DNA from: Pseudomonadota bacterium
Lineage (GTDB): Bacteria; Bdellovibrionota_B; Oligoflexia; Oligoflexales; CAIYRB01
Direction: 5' to 3'
Assembly: GCA_031416315.1 (NCBI GenBank)
Contig: JANOTL010000075.1
Coordinates: 14,688-78,687 of the forward strand
DNA length: 64,000 bases
Position numbers and translations under genes: made by a program. Below are positions 42,580-52,195 of this stretch, piece by piece (position 1 is the first letter of the stretch; each line of letters opens with the position of its first letter). The notes beneath the pieces were generated by a model, which saw only the letters and a list, made by a program, of their open reading frames with translations, searched no databases and was not told the DNA's origin.

Positions 42580-43551
42580 ATGACCGCGCTGCTCACCGTC
42601 AAAAATCTGAAGAAGTTCTTCCCGATCAAGGGCGGGATCCTCGGCCGCACCGTCGCCAACGTGCACGCCGTCGACGATGTCTCGTTCACTCTGCGCAAGG
42701 GCGAGACGCTCGGCCTCGTCGGCGAATCTGGCTGCGGCAAGTCGACGCTCGGCCGCACTTTGCTGCGCCTCTACGAGCCGACCTCGGGCTCGATCGAGTT
42801 CGACGGCGTCGACCTGCTCAAGCTCTCGACCCAAGAGCTTCGCGCGAAACGCCGCGACATGCAGATCATCTTCCAAGACCCGTTCTCGTCGCTCAACCCG
42901 CGCATGACCATCGGCGCCATCCTCGCTGAGCCCTTCGCCATCCACAAGCTCGGCACCAAGTCCGAGATCGAGGGCAAGGTCAAAAAGCTCCTCGAGACCG
43001 TGGGCTTGCCCTCCGAGGCCGACGGCCGCTACCCGCACGAGTTCTCCGGCGGCCAGCGCCAGCGCATCGGCATCGCGCGCGCCATCGCCTTGAACCCGAA
43101 GCTCGTCGTCGCCGACGAGCCGGTGTCGGCGCTCGACGTGTCGATCCAGTCGCAAATCTTGAACCTGCTCGTCGACCTGCGGAAGAAGTTCAATCTCTCG
43201 TACGTCTTCGTCGCGCACGACCTGGCCGTGATCGAGCACATCTCCGACGTCGTCGCCGTGATGTACCTGGGTAAGATCGTCGAGTACGCCTACGGCGACG
43301 ATCTCTACAAAGGACCGAAGCATCCGTATACGCGCGCGCTGATCTCTGCGATCCCGATCCCGGACGTCGACTACAAAAAGGATCGGCAGATCCTCAAGGG
43401 CGACGTGCCGAGCCCGATCAATCCACCCTCGGGCTGCTACTTCCACCCCCGTTGCCCGATGGCGACCGAGAAATGCAAGGTCGAGGCGCCCGCGACGCGC
43501 AACGTCGGGACCGAGAAAAGGCCGCACCTGGCCGCCTGCCACTATGCCTGA
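42580..43551 (+). CDS. oppF: Oligopeptide/dipeptide ABC ATPase
   Basis: [32 protein letters not shown]. Confidence 0.9.
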   Translation: MTALLTVKNLKKFFPIKGGILGRTVANVHAVDDVSFTLRKGETLGLVGESGCGKSTLGRTLLRLYEPTSGSIEFDGVDLLKLSTQELRAKRRDMQIIFQDPFSSLNPRMTIGAILAEPFAIHKLGTKSEIEGKVKKLLETVGLPSEADGRYPHEFSGGQRQRIGIARAIALNPKLVVADEPVSALDVSIQSQILNLLVDLRKKFNLSYVFVAHDLAVIEHISDVVAVMYLGKIVEYAYGDDLYKGPKHPYTRALISAIPIPDVDYKKDRQILKGDVPSPINPPSGCYFHPRCPMATEKCKVEAPATRNVGTEKRPHLAACHYA

Positions 43552-44623
43552 GATCGACGTCTGCCTGACCGGCGGCGGCACGGCGGGACACGTCACGCCT
43601 CACTTCGCGCTCGTCCCCGGGATGAAGGCGCGTGGCTGGGGTATGTTCTACGTCGGCGGCGCGGGCCTGGAGAAGCCGTTGGTCGAGGCGCAAGGAATCG
43701 CCTTCAAGACGATCGCGACGGGGAAGCTACGGCGCTACCTTTCGCTCAAGAACCTGGTCGACTTGTTTAAGATCGCCTTCGGGCTCGTGCAGGCGCTCCT
43801 GATCCTGATCGCGCGGCGGCCCAGCGTCGTGTTCAGCAAGGGCGGCTTCGTGTCGGTGCCGGTCGCTTGGGCGGCGTGGCTTTTGCGCATCCCGGTCGTG
43901 TCGCACGAGAGCGACGTCACGCCGGGGCTCGCGACGAAGCTGATCGCGCCCTTGGCGAAGAAGATCGTGTTCACCTTTGCGGAGACGGCGAAGTACCTTC
44001 CCGCCAACGCGGAACGGGTGGGGACGCCGGTGCGGGCGGAGCTGTTCGCAGGAGACCGCGCCAAGGGGCTCGCGCTTTGCGGCTTCGACCCGAGCGAGCC
44101 CTTGCCGACCTGGCTCGTGATGGGTGGGAGCCAGGGCTCGCAGCGCTTGAACGACGCCTTGCTCGCGATCCTCCCCGAGCTGGCCAAGACGGCGCGGGTG
44201 ATTCACCTCACGGGCAAAGGGAAGACACTTGCGTATGCGCATCCGCGGTACCGCGGGTTCGAGTTCGTCACGGCGGAGCTACCTGACTTATACGCAGCAA
44301 GCGATCTCGTCCTGAGCCGCGCGGGAGCGAACTCGATCTTCGAGTTCCTGGCGCTGCGCAAGCCCATGCTTTTGATTCCGCTCGAGATCGGCAGCCGCGG
44401 GGACCAGGTGGTGAACGCCGCCTCGTTCGTGAAGAGCGGCTGGGCCGAGGTCTTGCGCGAGACGGAGCTGACGGCGGCGAGCCTCGCGATGAAAATGGGC
44501 GAGCTCGAGGCGGGACGTGAGGGGATCATGGCGAAGCAGCAGAGCTTCGACGGGCGAGATGCGGCGGAGAAGATCCTCGGAGTGCTCGAGGCGGTGGCTC
44601 GCCCGCCCTCGGCGCCGCGCTGA
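43544..44623 (+). CDS. murG: Lipid II GlcNAc transferase
   Basis: [34 protein letters not shown]. Confidence 0.95.
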   Translation: MPEIDVCLTGGGTAGHVTPHFALVPGMKARGWGMFYVGGAGLEKPLVEAQGIAFKTIATGKLRRYLSLKNLVDLFKIAFGLVQALLILIARRPSVVFSKGGFVSVPVAWAAWLLRIPVVSHESDVTPGLATKLIAPLAKKIVFTFAETAKYLPANAERVGTPVRAELFAGDRAKGLALCGFDPSEPLPTWLVMGGSQGSQRLNDALLAILPELAKTARVIHLTGKGKTLAYAHPRYRGFEFVTAELPDLYAASDLVLSRAGANSIFEFLALRKPMLLIPLEIGSRGDQVVNAASFVKSGWAEVLRETELTAASLAMKMGELEAGREGIMAKQQSFDGRDAAEKILGVLEAVARPPSAPR

Positions 44624-45888
44624 TGCTCGGGCAAAGCCTCGCCGGAATCCGAGTGCTCGATGCGTCGCGAGTCCTGGCCGGCCCATTCGCCGGCCAGATT
44701 CTTGCCGACCTCGGCGCCGAGGTCCTAAAGATCGAGGACACGAGCGAGGGCGACGAGACGCGCGGCTGGGGCCCGCCGTTTGGGGAAGACGGCACGAGCG
44801 CCTACTTCGCGTCGTGCAACCGCGGCAAGAAGGGCGTGACTCTAAATTTGAAGACCCCGCGCGGGCGGGAGCTTCTGCACGCCTTGGCGGCGAAGTGCGA
44901 CATCGTTCTGCTCAACTTCCGCGCGGCTTCGGCGGCGGGGCTCGGGGCCACGCCGGAGGCGCTCTTGGCGGCGAACCCGAAGGCGGTGATCGTGACGCTC
45001 TCTGGTTACGGGAGCGGACCGGCTTGGGGCGCGAAGCCCGGCTACGATTTCGCGGTCCAGGGCATCAGCGGGATGATGGCCGCGACCGGGCCGAAGGACG
45101 GAAGGCCCCACAAATTCGGCGTCGCGATCGCAGACCTTGTGACCGGACACTACGCGGCGATCGCGGCCTTGGCCGCATTGCGCGAGCGCGACCGGTCGGG
45201 CCAGGGCTTAGTCGTCGAGCTTGCGCTCGTCGACTGCGCGGTCGCGACGATGGCGAACGTCGCGCAGGCGCATCTGACGACGGGAAAGGCGCCGGCGCGG
45301 GTGGGCAATGCGCATCTGCAGATCGTGCCGTACGAGATGTTCGAGACGGCGGATGGGTGGTTGATCTTGGCGGTGGGGAATGATCGGCAGTGGCGGGAGT
45401 TTTGTGGCGTGGTGGCGGGGCCGGAAGGCATTTTAACCGCAAAGGGCGCGAAGGACGCGAAGGGGGTGGAAAGAACCTCCTTTGCGCCCTTCGCGCCCTT
45501 TGCGGTCAAATTGCATGACATTCGCTACGCTAGAAACCAGGACCGCGTTCGCTTTCGGGACGAACTCGTCCCGCAAATCGCAGGCGTGATGCGCCTGGCT
45601 TCCACCGCCGCCTGGCGCCAGGCCCTCGACGCCGCGGGCGTCCCCAACGGCCCCGTCTGGACCCTGCCCGAGCTCTTCGCCTCAGACCTCGCCACCGAGC
45701 GGAATTTTCGCATCTTCGCGCGCCGTGCCGACGGGTCCGAGGTAGCATTGGTGCGTTCACCTCTCGTCGAGTCGCTCGACCCCGCGCCGCCGCCGGCGCG
45801 TGGCGAGCATACCGACGAGGTCTTGTCGGGGATCTTGGGACTTGAATCCGGCGCCATCGCGCGCCTCAGAGCAGAGGGAGTCGTATGA
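44623..45888 (+). CDS. CaiB/BaiF family III CoA-transferase with in-frame palindromic insertion
   Basis: LAGPFAGQILADLGAEVLKIE, GDETR.WGPP, NRGKK, IADL, GEHTDEVL. Confidence 0.93.
   Translation: MLGQSLAGIRVLDASRVLAGPFAGQILADLGAEVLKIEDTSEGDETRGWGPPFGEDGTSAYFASCNRGKKGVTLNLKTPRGRELLHALAAKCDIVLLNFRAASAAGLGATPEALLAANPKAVIVTLSGYGSGPAWGAKPGYDFAVQGISGMMAATGPKDGRPHKFGVAIADLVTGHYAAIAALAALRERDRSGQGLVVELALVDCAVATMANVAQAHLTTGKAPARVGNAHLQIVPYEMFETADGWLILAVGNDRQWREFCGVVAGPEGILTAKGAKDAKGVERTSFAPFAPFAVKLHDIRYARNQDRVRFRDELVPQIAGVMRLASTAAWRQALDAAGVPNGPVWTLPELFASDLATERNFRIFARRADGSEVALVRSPLVESLDPAPPPARGEHTDEVLSGILGLESGAIARLRAEGVV
45436..45506. repeat. Palindromic repeat element, copy 2 (inside CDS)
   Basis: ACCGCAAAGGGCGCGAAGGACGCGAAGG…CCTTTGCGCCCTTCGCGCCCTTTGCGGT. 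Confidence 0.9.
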
Positions 45889-46364
45889 AGAAGCTGATGA
45901 AGATGTTGTCGTTGACGATCGGGGCCGCTGCATTGGTCACGGGTTGTCTGCACGCGCTGGAGTCGAACGAGGTCACTCGTCTGACAACCTGCAAGAACAA
46001 CGATTTGAAAAAGATCCGCAAGAACCTCTTGCTCGCGGGCTACGAGATCAAGAACGAGTCGGACTCGGACCTCACCACCGACTACAAGCAATACGCCGGC
46101 TACGGCGGCGACCGGAACCTGCGCCGCATCACGGTCGTGAAGCTCGACGGCAAAGACTTCAAGTTCAACGTGCGCCAGAAGTCGAAGTCGATCCAGCGTA
46201 ACAACAACCAGTACTCGAACGGCAACAACAGCAAGAAGGGCGGCACGACGATCAACATCGACGCTTCGCAGCCGATCGAGGTCGAGAACGACTTCGACCA
46301 GGAGTACTACAAGGAGCGGATTGCCCAATACGAGCAAACGCAGCGCGAAGTCTGCGGAAGTTAA
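45885..46364 (+). CDS. Hypothetical lipoprotein
   Basis: Lipobox VTGC; GGGAG RBS. Confidence 0.75.
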   Translation: MKKLMKMLSLTIGAAALVTGCLHALESNEVTRLTTCKNNDLKKIRKNLLLAGYEIKNESDSDLTTDYKQYAGYGGDRNLRRITVVKLDGKDFKFNVRQKSKSIQRNNNQYSNGNNSKKGGTTINIDASQPIEVENDFDQEYYKERIAQYEQTQREVCGS

Positions 46365-46388
46365 GGGATTTCTAGACGGCATCGGGGC

Positions 46389-46416
46389 TCAAGCCGGGGG
46401 CTTGGCGTGCCGATCA
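46389..46416 (+). promoter_or_regulatory. sigma28-like promoter
   Basis: TCAAG-N15-GCCGATCA. Confidence 0.65.
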
Positions 46417-46447
46417 AGAGGGAGTCTCTCGGATAAACGAGGTTCCC

Positions 46448-47722
46448 ATGCGTTCGGCACTCTTGATTCTTTGTTTACTGGCCGCTGGCTGCGCCAGTAA
46501 GACCGACGTCAAGAGCGGCGGCTCGAAAGGCAAGGCGGCGGACCCGACGAAGGGCGCCGAGCTGCCGGTTGAGGCCGTGACGCCGAAGCCGGCCGCCCCC
46601 GAAGACACTTTCGTGCCGGCGGGCGAGCCCATCGCCGTCTCTGGCACGAACCTGACCGTCGATTGCAGCTGGAGCAAGGTCTCGGCCGCGGACGACGTGC
46701 GCGCCGCCTGCTACGTCGCCGGCGAAGTGCCGGCGGGCGCGACCTTTGCCTGGAGCGTTCCCGCGACCGCGACCGGCGTCGTCATCGAGGTCGGCCAGAA
46801 CGCCGACCGCGTCGAGTTCACCGCGAAACGTAGCGTCGTCGCCGGCTTGTCGATGAACGTCGCCGTGACCGTCTTCGGCGTCGAGGCGCCGGTCGCGCTG
46901 GTCGCGCCCCTGGTCTCCAAGCTTCCAGGCTTGGGCGAGGGCAGCGCGCTGGGGGCCTGCTTGGCGACCACCGATCCGCTCTCGGGCTGCTTCGTCGCCG
47001 CCGGGCTCGGCGTACAAGCCGACGGCACCATCGGCGGCGCGCCGCTTTCCGGCGGCTGCGCCATGACCGCGCTGCCGACAATCGTGCGCAAAGGCCGCCC
47101 CGACGTCGTGAAGCTGACGCTCTCGGCCACGGGCGACGCGCCGGTCGCCAATTTCCATTTCGAGGACTTAGCCTTCGCCAACGGCAACCTCGTCGCCGAG
47201 TCGCCGACGGTGATCGACTTCCAACCGTCGACCTTGAACGTCGCCGCGAACGAGAAGATCCGCTTCTCCGCCACCAACGACGCGGGCGCGACGTGTTTCG
47301 TCGAGGTGAAGGCGGTGAACTTCGAGATGAAGCTCACCGGCCAAACGATCCTCGTCGAGGCGCAGAACGCGGGCGAGCGCGGGCGCATCAAAGCCGATTA
47401 TCTGGTGCATAACCTGAGCCCGACCGAGATCGTGGCCGAAGCGAAGGCGAAAACCGTCTCGGAAGATTTCGCCGATTACATCTTCACCGTCGGCGCCAAG
47501 ACCTGCGATGCCGGCATCTGCTCGCAGGCGCTGTCAGTGGAGTTCACCACGCAGTTTCTCACCGGCTCGACGCTCTATCGCGGCCAGATTTACAACGTCA
47601 TCATCGACGCAGGCCAGGGCGCGAACCTCCTCGCGATCGACTTCTCGCGCAACATCACGGTCAAGATCGGCGCAGGGCCCGAGATCATCGCCACGTACGA
47701 CGGCGTCGCTGGCGCCCCCTGA
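46448..47722 (+). CDS. Hypothetical beta-rich, Cys-containing lipoprotein
   Basis: Lipobox AAGC; GAGG RBS. Confidence 0.75.
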   Translation: MRSALLILCLLAAGCASKTDVKSGGSKGKAADPTKGAELPVEAVTPKPAAPEDTFVPAGEPIAVSGTNLTVDCSWSKVSAADDVRAACYVAGEVPAGATFAWSVPATATGVVIEVGQNADRVEFTAKRSVVAGLSMNVAVTVFGVEAPVALVAPLVSKLPGLGEGSALGACLATTDPLSGCFVAAGLGVQADGTIGGAPLSGGCAMTALPTIVRKGRPDVVKLTLSATGDAPVANFHFEDLAFANGNLVAESPTVIDFQPSTLNVAANEKIRFSATNDAGATCFVEVKAVNFEMKLTGQTILVEAQNAGERGRIKADYLVHNLSPTEIVAEAKAKTVSEDFADYIFTVGAKTCDAGICSQALSVEFTTQFLTGSTLYRGQIYNVIIDAGQGANLLAIDFSRNITVKIGAGPEIIATYDGVAGAP

Positions 47723-47724
47723 AT

Positions 47725-47807
47725 TCCGCGCTCGCGATCGTGATCGTGATCGTGATCGTCGAGTAGACGATCACGTTTACGAGCGCGAGCGCGAGCGCGA
47801 GCGCGGA
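47725..47807. repeat. Hexamer-built inverted repeat between convergent genes
   Basis: (GATCGT)x4 arm, loop GAGTA, (GAGCGC)x4 arm, TCCGCGCTCGCG/CGCGAGCGCGGA ends. Confidence 0.85.
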
Positions 47808-47811
47808 TGGC

Positions 47812-48615
47812 TTAGTGGTGCGCGATCCGCATCAGATCCTTCACCGTCGGCAAGTCGACGTAGGGCCTCGGGTCGATCAGCTTGCCGTCGAGGCGCATCT
47901 CGTAGTGCACGTGCGGACCTGTCGTCGAGCCGCTGACGCCGACGACCCCCAGGGCTTGGCCGCGGCGCACGCGGTCGCCCGCTTGGACGAAGATGGCGCC
48001 GGCATGGGCGAACCGGGTCTCGAAGCCGTTCGCGTGCGCGACGGTCAGAAGGGCGCCGTAGCCGGTCTTGCGCTCGAGCGCGACGATCGTGCCGTCGGCG
48101 GGCGCGACGAAGAGGGCGTCGCGGGGCGCCGCGAGGTCCAGCCCCTCGTGCATGACGGCCTTGGCCTTCTTGCGGTTGCCGACCGGCGGCTTGCGATAGC
48201 CGAAGCCGCTCGTGATGATGCCGTAGACCGGCGGAATGAACTGCGGATCGGCGCCCACGGAGGCGAGCTTCGCCTCGGTCGAAAGAGCCTGGAGCTGCGC
48301 CACGGCCTGACTGAGGCAAGCGATGCGGGCGGCCGGAGACGTAGCGCTCGGGCAGTCACCGAAGGTGTCGGACGAGAATGGCAGAACCTGCGGCGCGACT
48401 CCCGCCAGCGTCGTCGTTAACGCACCGATCTCGTAGTCGAGCTGGGCGGTGGCGGCGGCGTCTTCCGCCGTGACGATCTCGACGCGCGGCTCGCCTTTCG
48501 GGGAAACCGACGCGGCCGCGACGCTCGCGATCATTGCGTGCACGACGAGAGTCGCGAGCGGGAAGATGGCGCAGAGCGTGGCGGCGAGCCGATTCCGGAT
48601 GGCGGGGTGAAGCAT
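47812..48615 (-). CDS. M23 metallopeptidase
   Basis: ITSGFGYR, HEGLD (HxxxD), STTGPHVHYE (HxH). Confidence 0.92.
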   Translation of the reverse strand: MLHPAIRNRLAATLCAIFPLATLVVHAMIASVAAASVSPKGEPRVEIVTAEDAAATAQLDYEIGALTTTLAGVAPQVLPFSSDTFGDCPSATSPAARIACLSQAVAQLQALSTEAKLASVGADPQFIPPVYGIITSGFGYRKPPVGNRKKAKAVMHEGLDLAAPRDALFVAPADGTIVALERKTGYGALLTVAHANGFETRFAHAGAIFVQAGDRVRRGQALGVVGVSGSTTGPHVHYEMRLDGKLIDPRPYVDLPTVKDLMRIAHH

Positions 48616-48734
48616 CGAACCTCCGGGTAGCGTCAGCAGGCTCCCGAAGATATCAAAGAATTATAAAAGATTCTATGAGATTTCAATAGAATTTTATAGA
48701 ATCAGCGCCTTACCGGCTCTTCCGATCCGCCCGC

Positions 48735-49160
48735 TCAACGCCAGGCGCGAATCTCGTCGATGGCCTCGGCCTGGGTGATGTCGCCGCGGCTCAGCTGGTT
48801 GAAGAGGTCCTGCTCCAGCTGCGCTTTGCGACGCGCGTGGGCTACGAGGAGCGGCCAGACGTTCTCGTCGTCGTTGCTGCCGCCGAGGGAGAGCGGGATG
48901 AAGTGGTCGAACTGATATTGCGCGAAGACTGACGGGTCCAAGCCGTAGGCTGCGCCGATGCGGACTTTGTCGGAGCGGGTGACGTTGCGGCGGCAGTGTG
49001 GGATTTGCTCCTCGTAGCGGCGCTCGTCGAAGTCGGCGTCGGCCGGGGTGCAGAGGTCGCCCGGCGTGAGCTCCGGATCGCGGTCGTCGCCGCCGTCGGC
49101 GTAGGCGAAGGACGCAAAAGATGCGATCAGGGCGAAGGCGAGGGCCGCGCGACGAAGCAT
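48735..49160 (-). CDS. Secreted HNH-like endonuclease
   Basis: Start reassigned to MLRRAALAFALIASFASFAYA (GGAG RBS); DHFIPLSLGGSNDDENVWP. Confidence 0.75.
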   Translation of the reverse strand: MLRRAALAFALIASFASFAYADGGDDRDPELTPGDLCTPADADFDERRYEEQIPHCRRNVTRSDKVRIGAAYGLDPSVFAQYQFDHFIPLSLGGSNDDENVWPLLVAHARRKAQLEQDLFNQLSRGDITQAEAIDEIRAWR

Positions 49161-49191
49161 TTTGGAACTCCTGGAGATTTGTTGGAAGGGT

Positions 49192-49225
49192 AAACGAAAG
49201 CCGGCGCCCTTGGAAGGGCGCCGGC
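49192..49225 (-). terminator. Intrinsic terminator after the 49277 gene
   Basis: GCCGGCGCCCTT-CC-AAGGGCGCCGGC-TTTCGTTT on the minus strand. Confidence 0.8.
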
Positions 49226-49239
49226 TCGAAAATTTATAA

Positions 49240-49266
49240 ACCGCGAAGGGCGCAAAGGGCGCAAAG
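49240..49266. repeat. Single arm of the palindromic repeat family (copy 3)
   Basis: ACCGCGAAGGGCGCAAAGGGCGCAAAG. Confidence 0.75.
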
Positions 49267-49276
49267 CGAACGGCGA

Positions 49277-49852
49277 TTACTTCGTGTACGTGCATTCGTC
49301 CCAGTACTCGTACGTGCCGCCGCCGCCGCCGACGGTTTCGGAGGTGCTGTGGGATTTGCCGATCAGCTTGCCTTCGAGGAGCGAGTACTCCGTCGTGCCG
49401 CGGCCGAGGACGAACCATTCGTCGTTGCCACCCATGAAGGAGACGTTGTCGTGCAAGCGCAGCACGTTGCGGCTGGCGTTCCAGCGCGGGAACATGGTGA
49501 GGAAATAGTTGAAGCCCTCGCCGATGCCGCTCAGCTGCATCGCGCCGCCGATGTTGATGCCGAAGCCGCTGAAGGTCATTGACTGACACTCATCTTGCTC
49601 GATCACGAGCTCGTCGTCGTAGGTCTCGCCGTCGCTGTCGGTGCAGCTGCCCTTCCAGCTGCCGGCGAGGTCGACGCATTCGGCGGGGGCCCCTTTGGGC
49701 TGGGGTTTGCCCTTCACGGCGGTCTTGGCCGCGTTGGCGAGGAGCGCGCGCAGGCCTTTCGGCATGCCGGCGGGAGCTTTGCCCTTCGCCATGGCGGCGG
49801 GAGCGGAGACGAGGGCCAGGACGAGGGCGAGGGATGAAAGAACGGTACGCAT
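49277..49852 (-). CDS. Secreted hypothetical beta-strand protein
   Basis: Signal peptide, C.DLAGSWKGSC motif, GGAGG RBS. Confidence 0.8.
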   Translation of the reverse strand: MRTVLSSLALVLALVSAPAAMAKGKAPAGMPKGLRALLANAAKTAVKGKPQPKGAPAECVDLAGSWKGSCTDSDGETYDDELVIEQDECQSMTFSGFGINIGGAMQLSGIGEGFNYFLTMFPRWNASRNVLRLHDNVSFMGGNDEWFVLGRGTTEYSLLEGKLIGKSHSTSETVGGGGGTYEYWDECTYTK

Positions 49853-49895
49853 GCGAGAGCCTCCAGAAAAATGGTTACCGGGGATCGGACCCGTT

Positions 49896-51152
49896 TCAGT
49901 AGTAAGCAGGGTAGGAGAGCACGTTGAGCTGGATCTTGCCGTCGACGACGCCGTTCACCTGGACGCGCTCCGGCGCAATGTCGACGCTAATCTCACGCCG
50001 CGGGTGCGTGCCGCCGGCGTTGCCTTGCGTCGGGACGAAGGTACCGGTGCGTTGTGCTTTGACGACGGTGGGGCCGGAGAGGATCTTGCCGAGGAAGTCG
50101 GGGATCTTGGTGTAGACCTTTTGCGCGTCGGGAAGCCACAGGCGTACGAGCGGGGTTTTGTGCGTCACGACCGGCGTGGCGAGGGGGGCTATGCCGACGA
50201 CGATCTTGCGATCCCAGTCCTCCGTGTTCCAGCCGACGATCTCGAGACGGTCCCTCTGCATCTGGATCGCCAGACATTCGAGATCGGGTGGCACCGAGAA
50301 GAAGTCGCGGAGCGTCGCCGGCATCGTGTTGGTCCCCGAGTAACACTGTCCGCCCAGCGCGACGCCCAGCGGCACTTTGAAGACGCTGTCCAGCATCGGG
50401 TAGTAGAGCGCGGCCTTGACGCTCACCAGATTCTCGGGGAAACCGGCGCCCATCACGCGGCGGTGCGTGCCTTCGTGGGAGAGGCCGAAGACATGGCCGA
50501 GCTCGTGGCGGAGAATCAGGGCCAGGCGGATGTGCGAGTCTGCGCGCCAAGGATCCTGAGCGAGGTCGCGAGCGATCATCGCCAAAGGGCCCTTCGGCGG
50601 CGAGATGTAAACGAAACCATGCTTCGTCTGCAACGTCTCTTCATCGTATTCGCGGCGTACGGCGACGGCGACGAGCTTCTTCGGTTCCTGGCCGTGGCGC
50701 TCGAACTCGAGCATCTGCTCGTCGTCGAGGACGCCGAACTGAAAGCGGAGCGCGACGTCGGGCGCGCAAGACGGCTTCGGGAAGAAGCTCTCGCGGGCGA
50801 CGTGGACGCGGTTGCCGCCGTACGGGTTGTCGGGGATCTCGGCGGCCGTGAATTCGTCGAGCCAGAAGGTGAACGCCGCGTCGATGGCGTGCAGCGCGTC
50901 CCGGCGCGTGACGCCGAAGTTCTCCTCGTCGATCTCGAGGCAGTAGAAGATGATCTTCTTCTCGCCCGCCGGCGTCGTGCCTCCGGCTTGGATGAACCAG
51001 GGGTTGGAGGCGGACTCGAGGAGCTCGCCGCCGCCGCTGGTCCAGCCGCCGGCGTAGGCCTTGGGCGTCATGGCCGCGGCCAGGACGAAGGCCACGAGGG
51101 CCGCGAGGGCTGCGCAGAGGCAGAGGGACGCAAGGAGCGTAAGACGTTGCAT
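49896..51152 (-). CDS. Secreted zinc metalloprotease (metzincin-like)
   Basis: Signal peptide followed by GGWTSGGG; HELGHVFGLSH and Met-turn VM. Confidence 0.82.
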   Translation of the reverse strand: MQRLTLLASLCLCAALAALVAFVLAAAMTPKAYAGGWTSGGGELLESASNPWFIQAGGTTPAGEKKIIFYCLEIDEENFGVTRRDALHAIDAAFTFWLDEFTAAEIPDNPYGGNRVHVARESFFPKPSCAPDVALRFQFGVLDDEQMLEFERHGQEPKKLVAVAVRREYDEETLQTKHGFVYISPPKGPLAMIARDLAQDPWRADSHIRLALILRHELGHVFGLSHEGTHRRVMGAGFPENLVSVKAALYYPMLDSVFKVPLGVALGGQCYSGTNTMPATLRDFFSVPPDLECLAIQMQRDRLEIVGWNTEDWDRKIVVGIAPLATPVVTHKTPLVRLWLPDAQKVYTKIPDFLGKILSGPTVVKAQRTGTFVPTQGNAGGTHPRREISVDIAPERVQVNGVVDGKIQLNVLSYPAYY

Positions 51153-51312
51153 AAAGCGTCTCCGTTTCGGGATGAGCAAAGTCGCCCAGAGCGTTTGCGG
51201 TAGCTGATTTGCCGTACTCCCATCCTATCGGCGTCACGGCGCGCGGGTAAATTAATTTGTCATGCATCGAAGGCCGATTGGTTCACTGCGAGTGAACACG
51301 GTAGAATGCCGG

Positions 51313-52140
51313 ATGGCCGCAAAAACTACGTATGAGCACGACGACTACAAGGACTTGCTGAAGGTCACGCTCCTCGAGCGCAAGGCCACCGTCGGCAGCG
51401 GCTACACCTTCCAGGCGATGGCGACGGCCTGTCGCGTGCAGAAGACCTACTTGTCCCGCGTTTTCAACGGCGACGCGCACCTAAACGACGACCAGGTCTT
51501 CCTCGCCGTGGAGTATCTCGGCCTGACGGCGGAAGAAAGGCGGTTCACGCAGCTTCTGCACGCGCGCGACCGGAGCGTCGTCGTGCGCAAGAAGGAAGGC
51601 CTTGAGCGTGAGATCGCGCAGGTGCGGCGACGCCACTTGATGTCGGAGTCGCACCTCGCGGCGCAGACCGTGGCTGCCGATGCGCCGGAGTTGGCGAGCT
51701 ACTACCTCGACCCGGATCTTCAGCTCATTCACATGTATCTGACGATCGAGCGCTATGCGCGCGACGCGTCGAAGCTCCGCACTGTGCTCGGCTACTCCGA
51801 CGACGAGCTGACGCGGGCCTTGGCGAAGCTCGCGGGACTCGGCTTGATCACGATCCGCGACGGGCGTTACGCGGTGATGCAGCCTTCGGTGCACTTATCT
51901 CCGGAGTCGCCGGTCTTTCGGCCCTATCGCAAGCTCCTGCGGCTGCGCGCGCTCGACCGCGCCGATCGAACGCAGGGCAAGAACGGGTATTCGTTCTCGG
52001 TCCTCTTCTCCGCGGACGAGGCCACGCGGCAGCGGGTGCAGGCGCGTTTCCTCGATTTCTTGAAGGACATCGAGCAGGAGGTGCAGGCGGCGCCGGCTGA
52101 GGAGGTCTACTTTTTGGGGTTTGATCTTTTGCGGTGGTAG
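51313..52140 (+). CDS. TIGR02147/DUF4423-like HTH protein
   Basis: DYKDLLK, YLSRVFNGDAHL HTH, YY.D..L..IH..L, AL.KL..LGLI, EEVY.L.FDL; family recalled, not searched. Confidence 0.75.
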   Translation: MAAKTTYEHDDYKDLLKVTLLERKATVGSGYTFQAMATACRVQKTYLSRVFNGDAHLNDDQVFLAVEYLGLTAEERRFTQLLHARDRSVVVRKKEGLEREIAQVRRRHLMSESHLAAQTVAADAPELASYYLDPDLQLIHMYLTIERYARDASKLRTVLGYSDDELTRALAKLAGLGLITIRDGRYAVMQPSVHLSPESPVFRPYRKLLRLRALDRADRTQGKNGYSFSVLFSADEATRQRVQARFLDFLKDIEQEVQAAPAEEVYFLGFDLLRW

Positions 52141-52157
52141 CGCAAGACCACCCGCCC

Positions 52158-52195
52158 AAAAAAAAGGAAGCCTCATCCCCTTTCAGGGATGAGGC
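52158..52195 (-). terminator. Intrinsic terminator for the SH3b gene
   Basis: GCCTCATCCC-N6-GGGATGAGGC followed by TTCC-T8 on the minus strand. Confidence 0.8.

Noticed and set aside
48735..49589. 284-aa ORF containing FAPFAPFAV as another in-frame repeat insertion
   Set aside because: The upstream part crosses a terminator and another gene; the true start is 49160, so this repeat arm is intergenic
51153..52195. Similar TTTC(G/A)GGGATGAG sequences flanking the HTH gene as mobile-element ends
   Set aside because: Short direct match only; the downstream copy is explained by the terminator stem; no transposase
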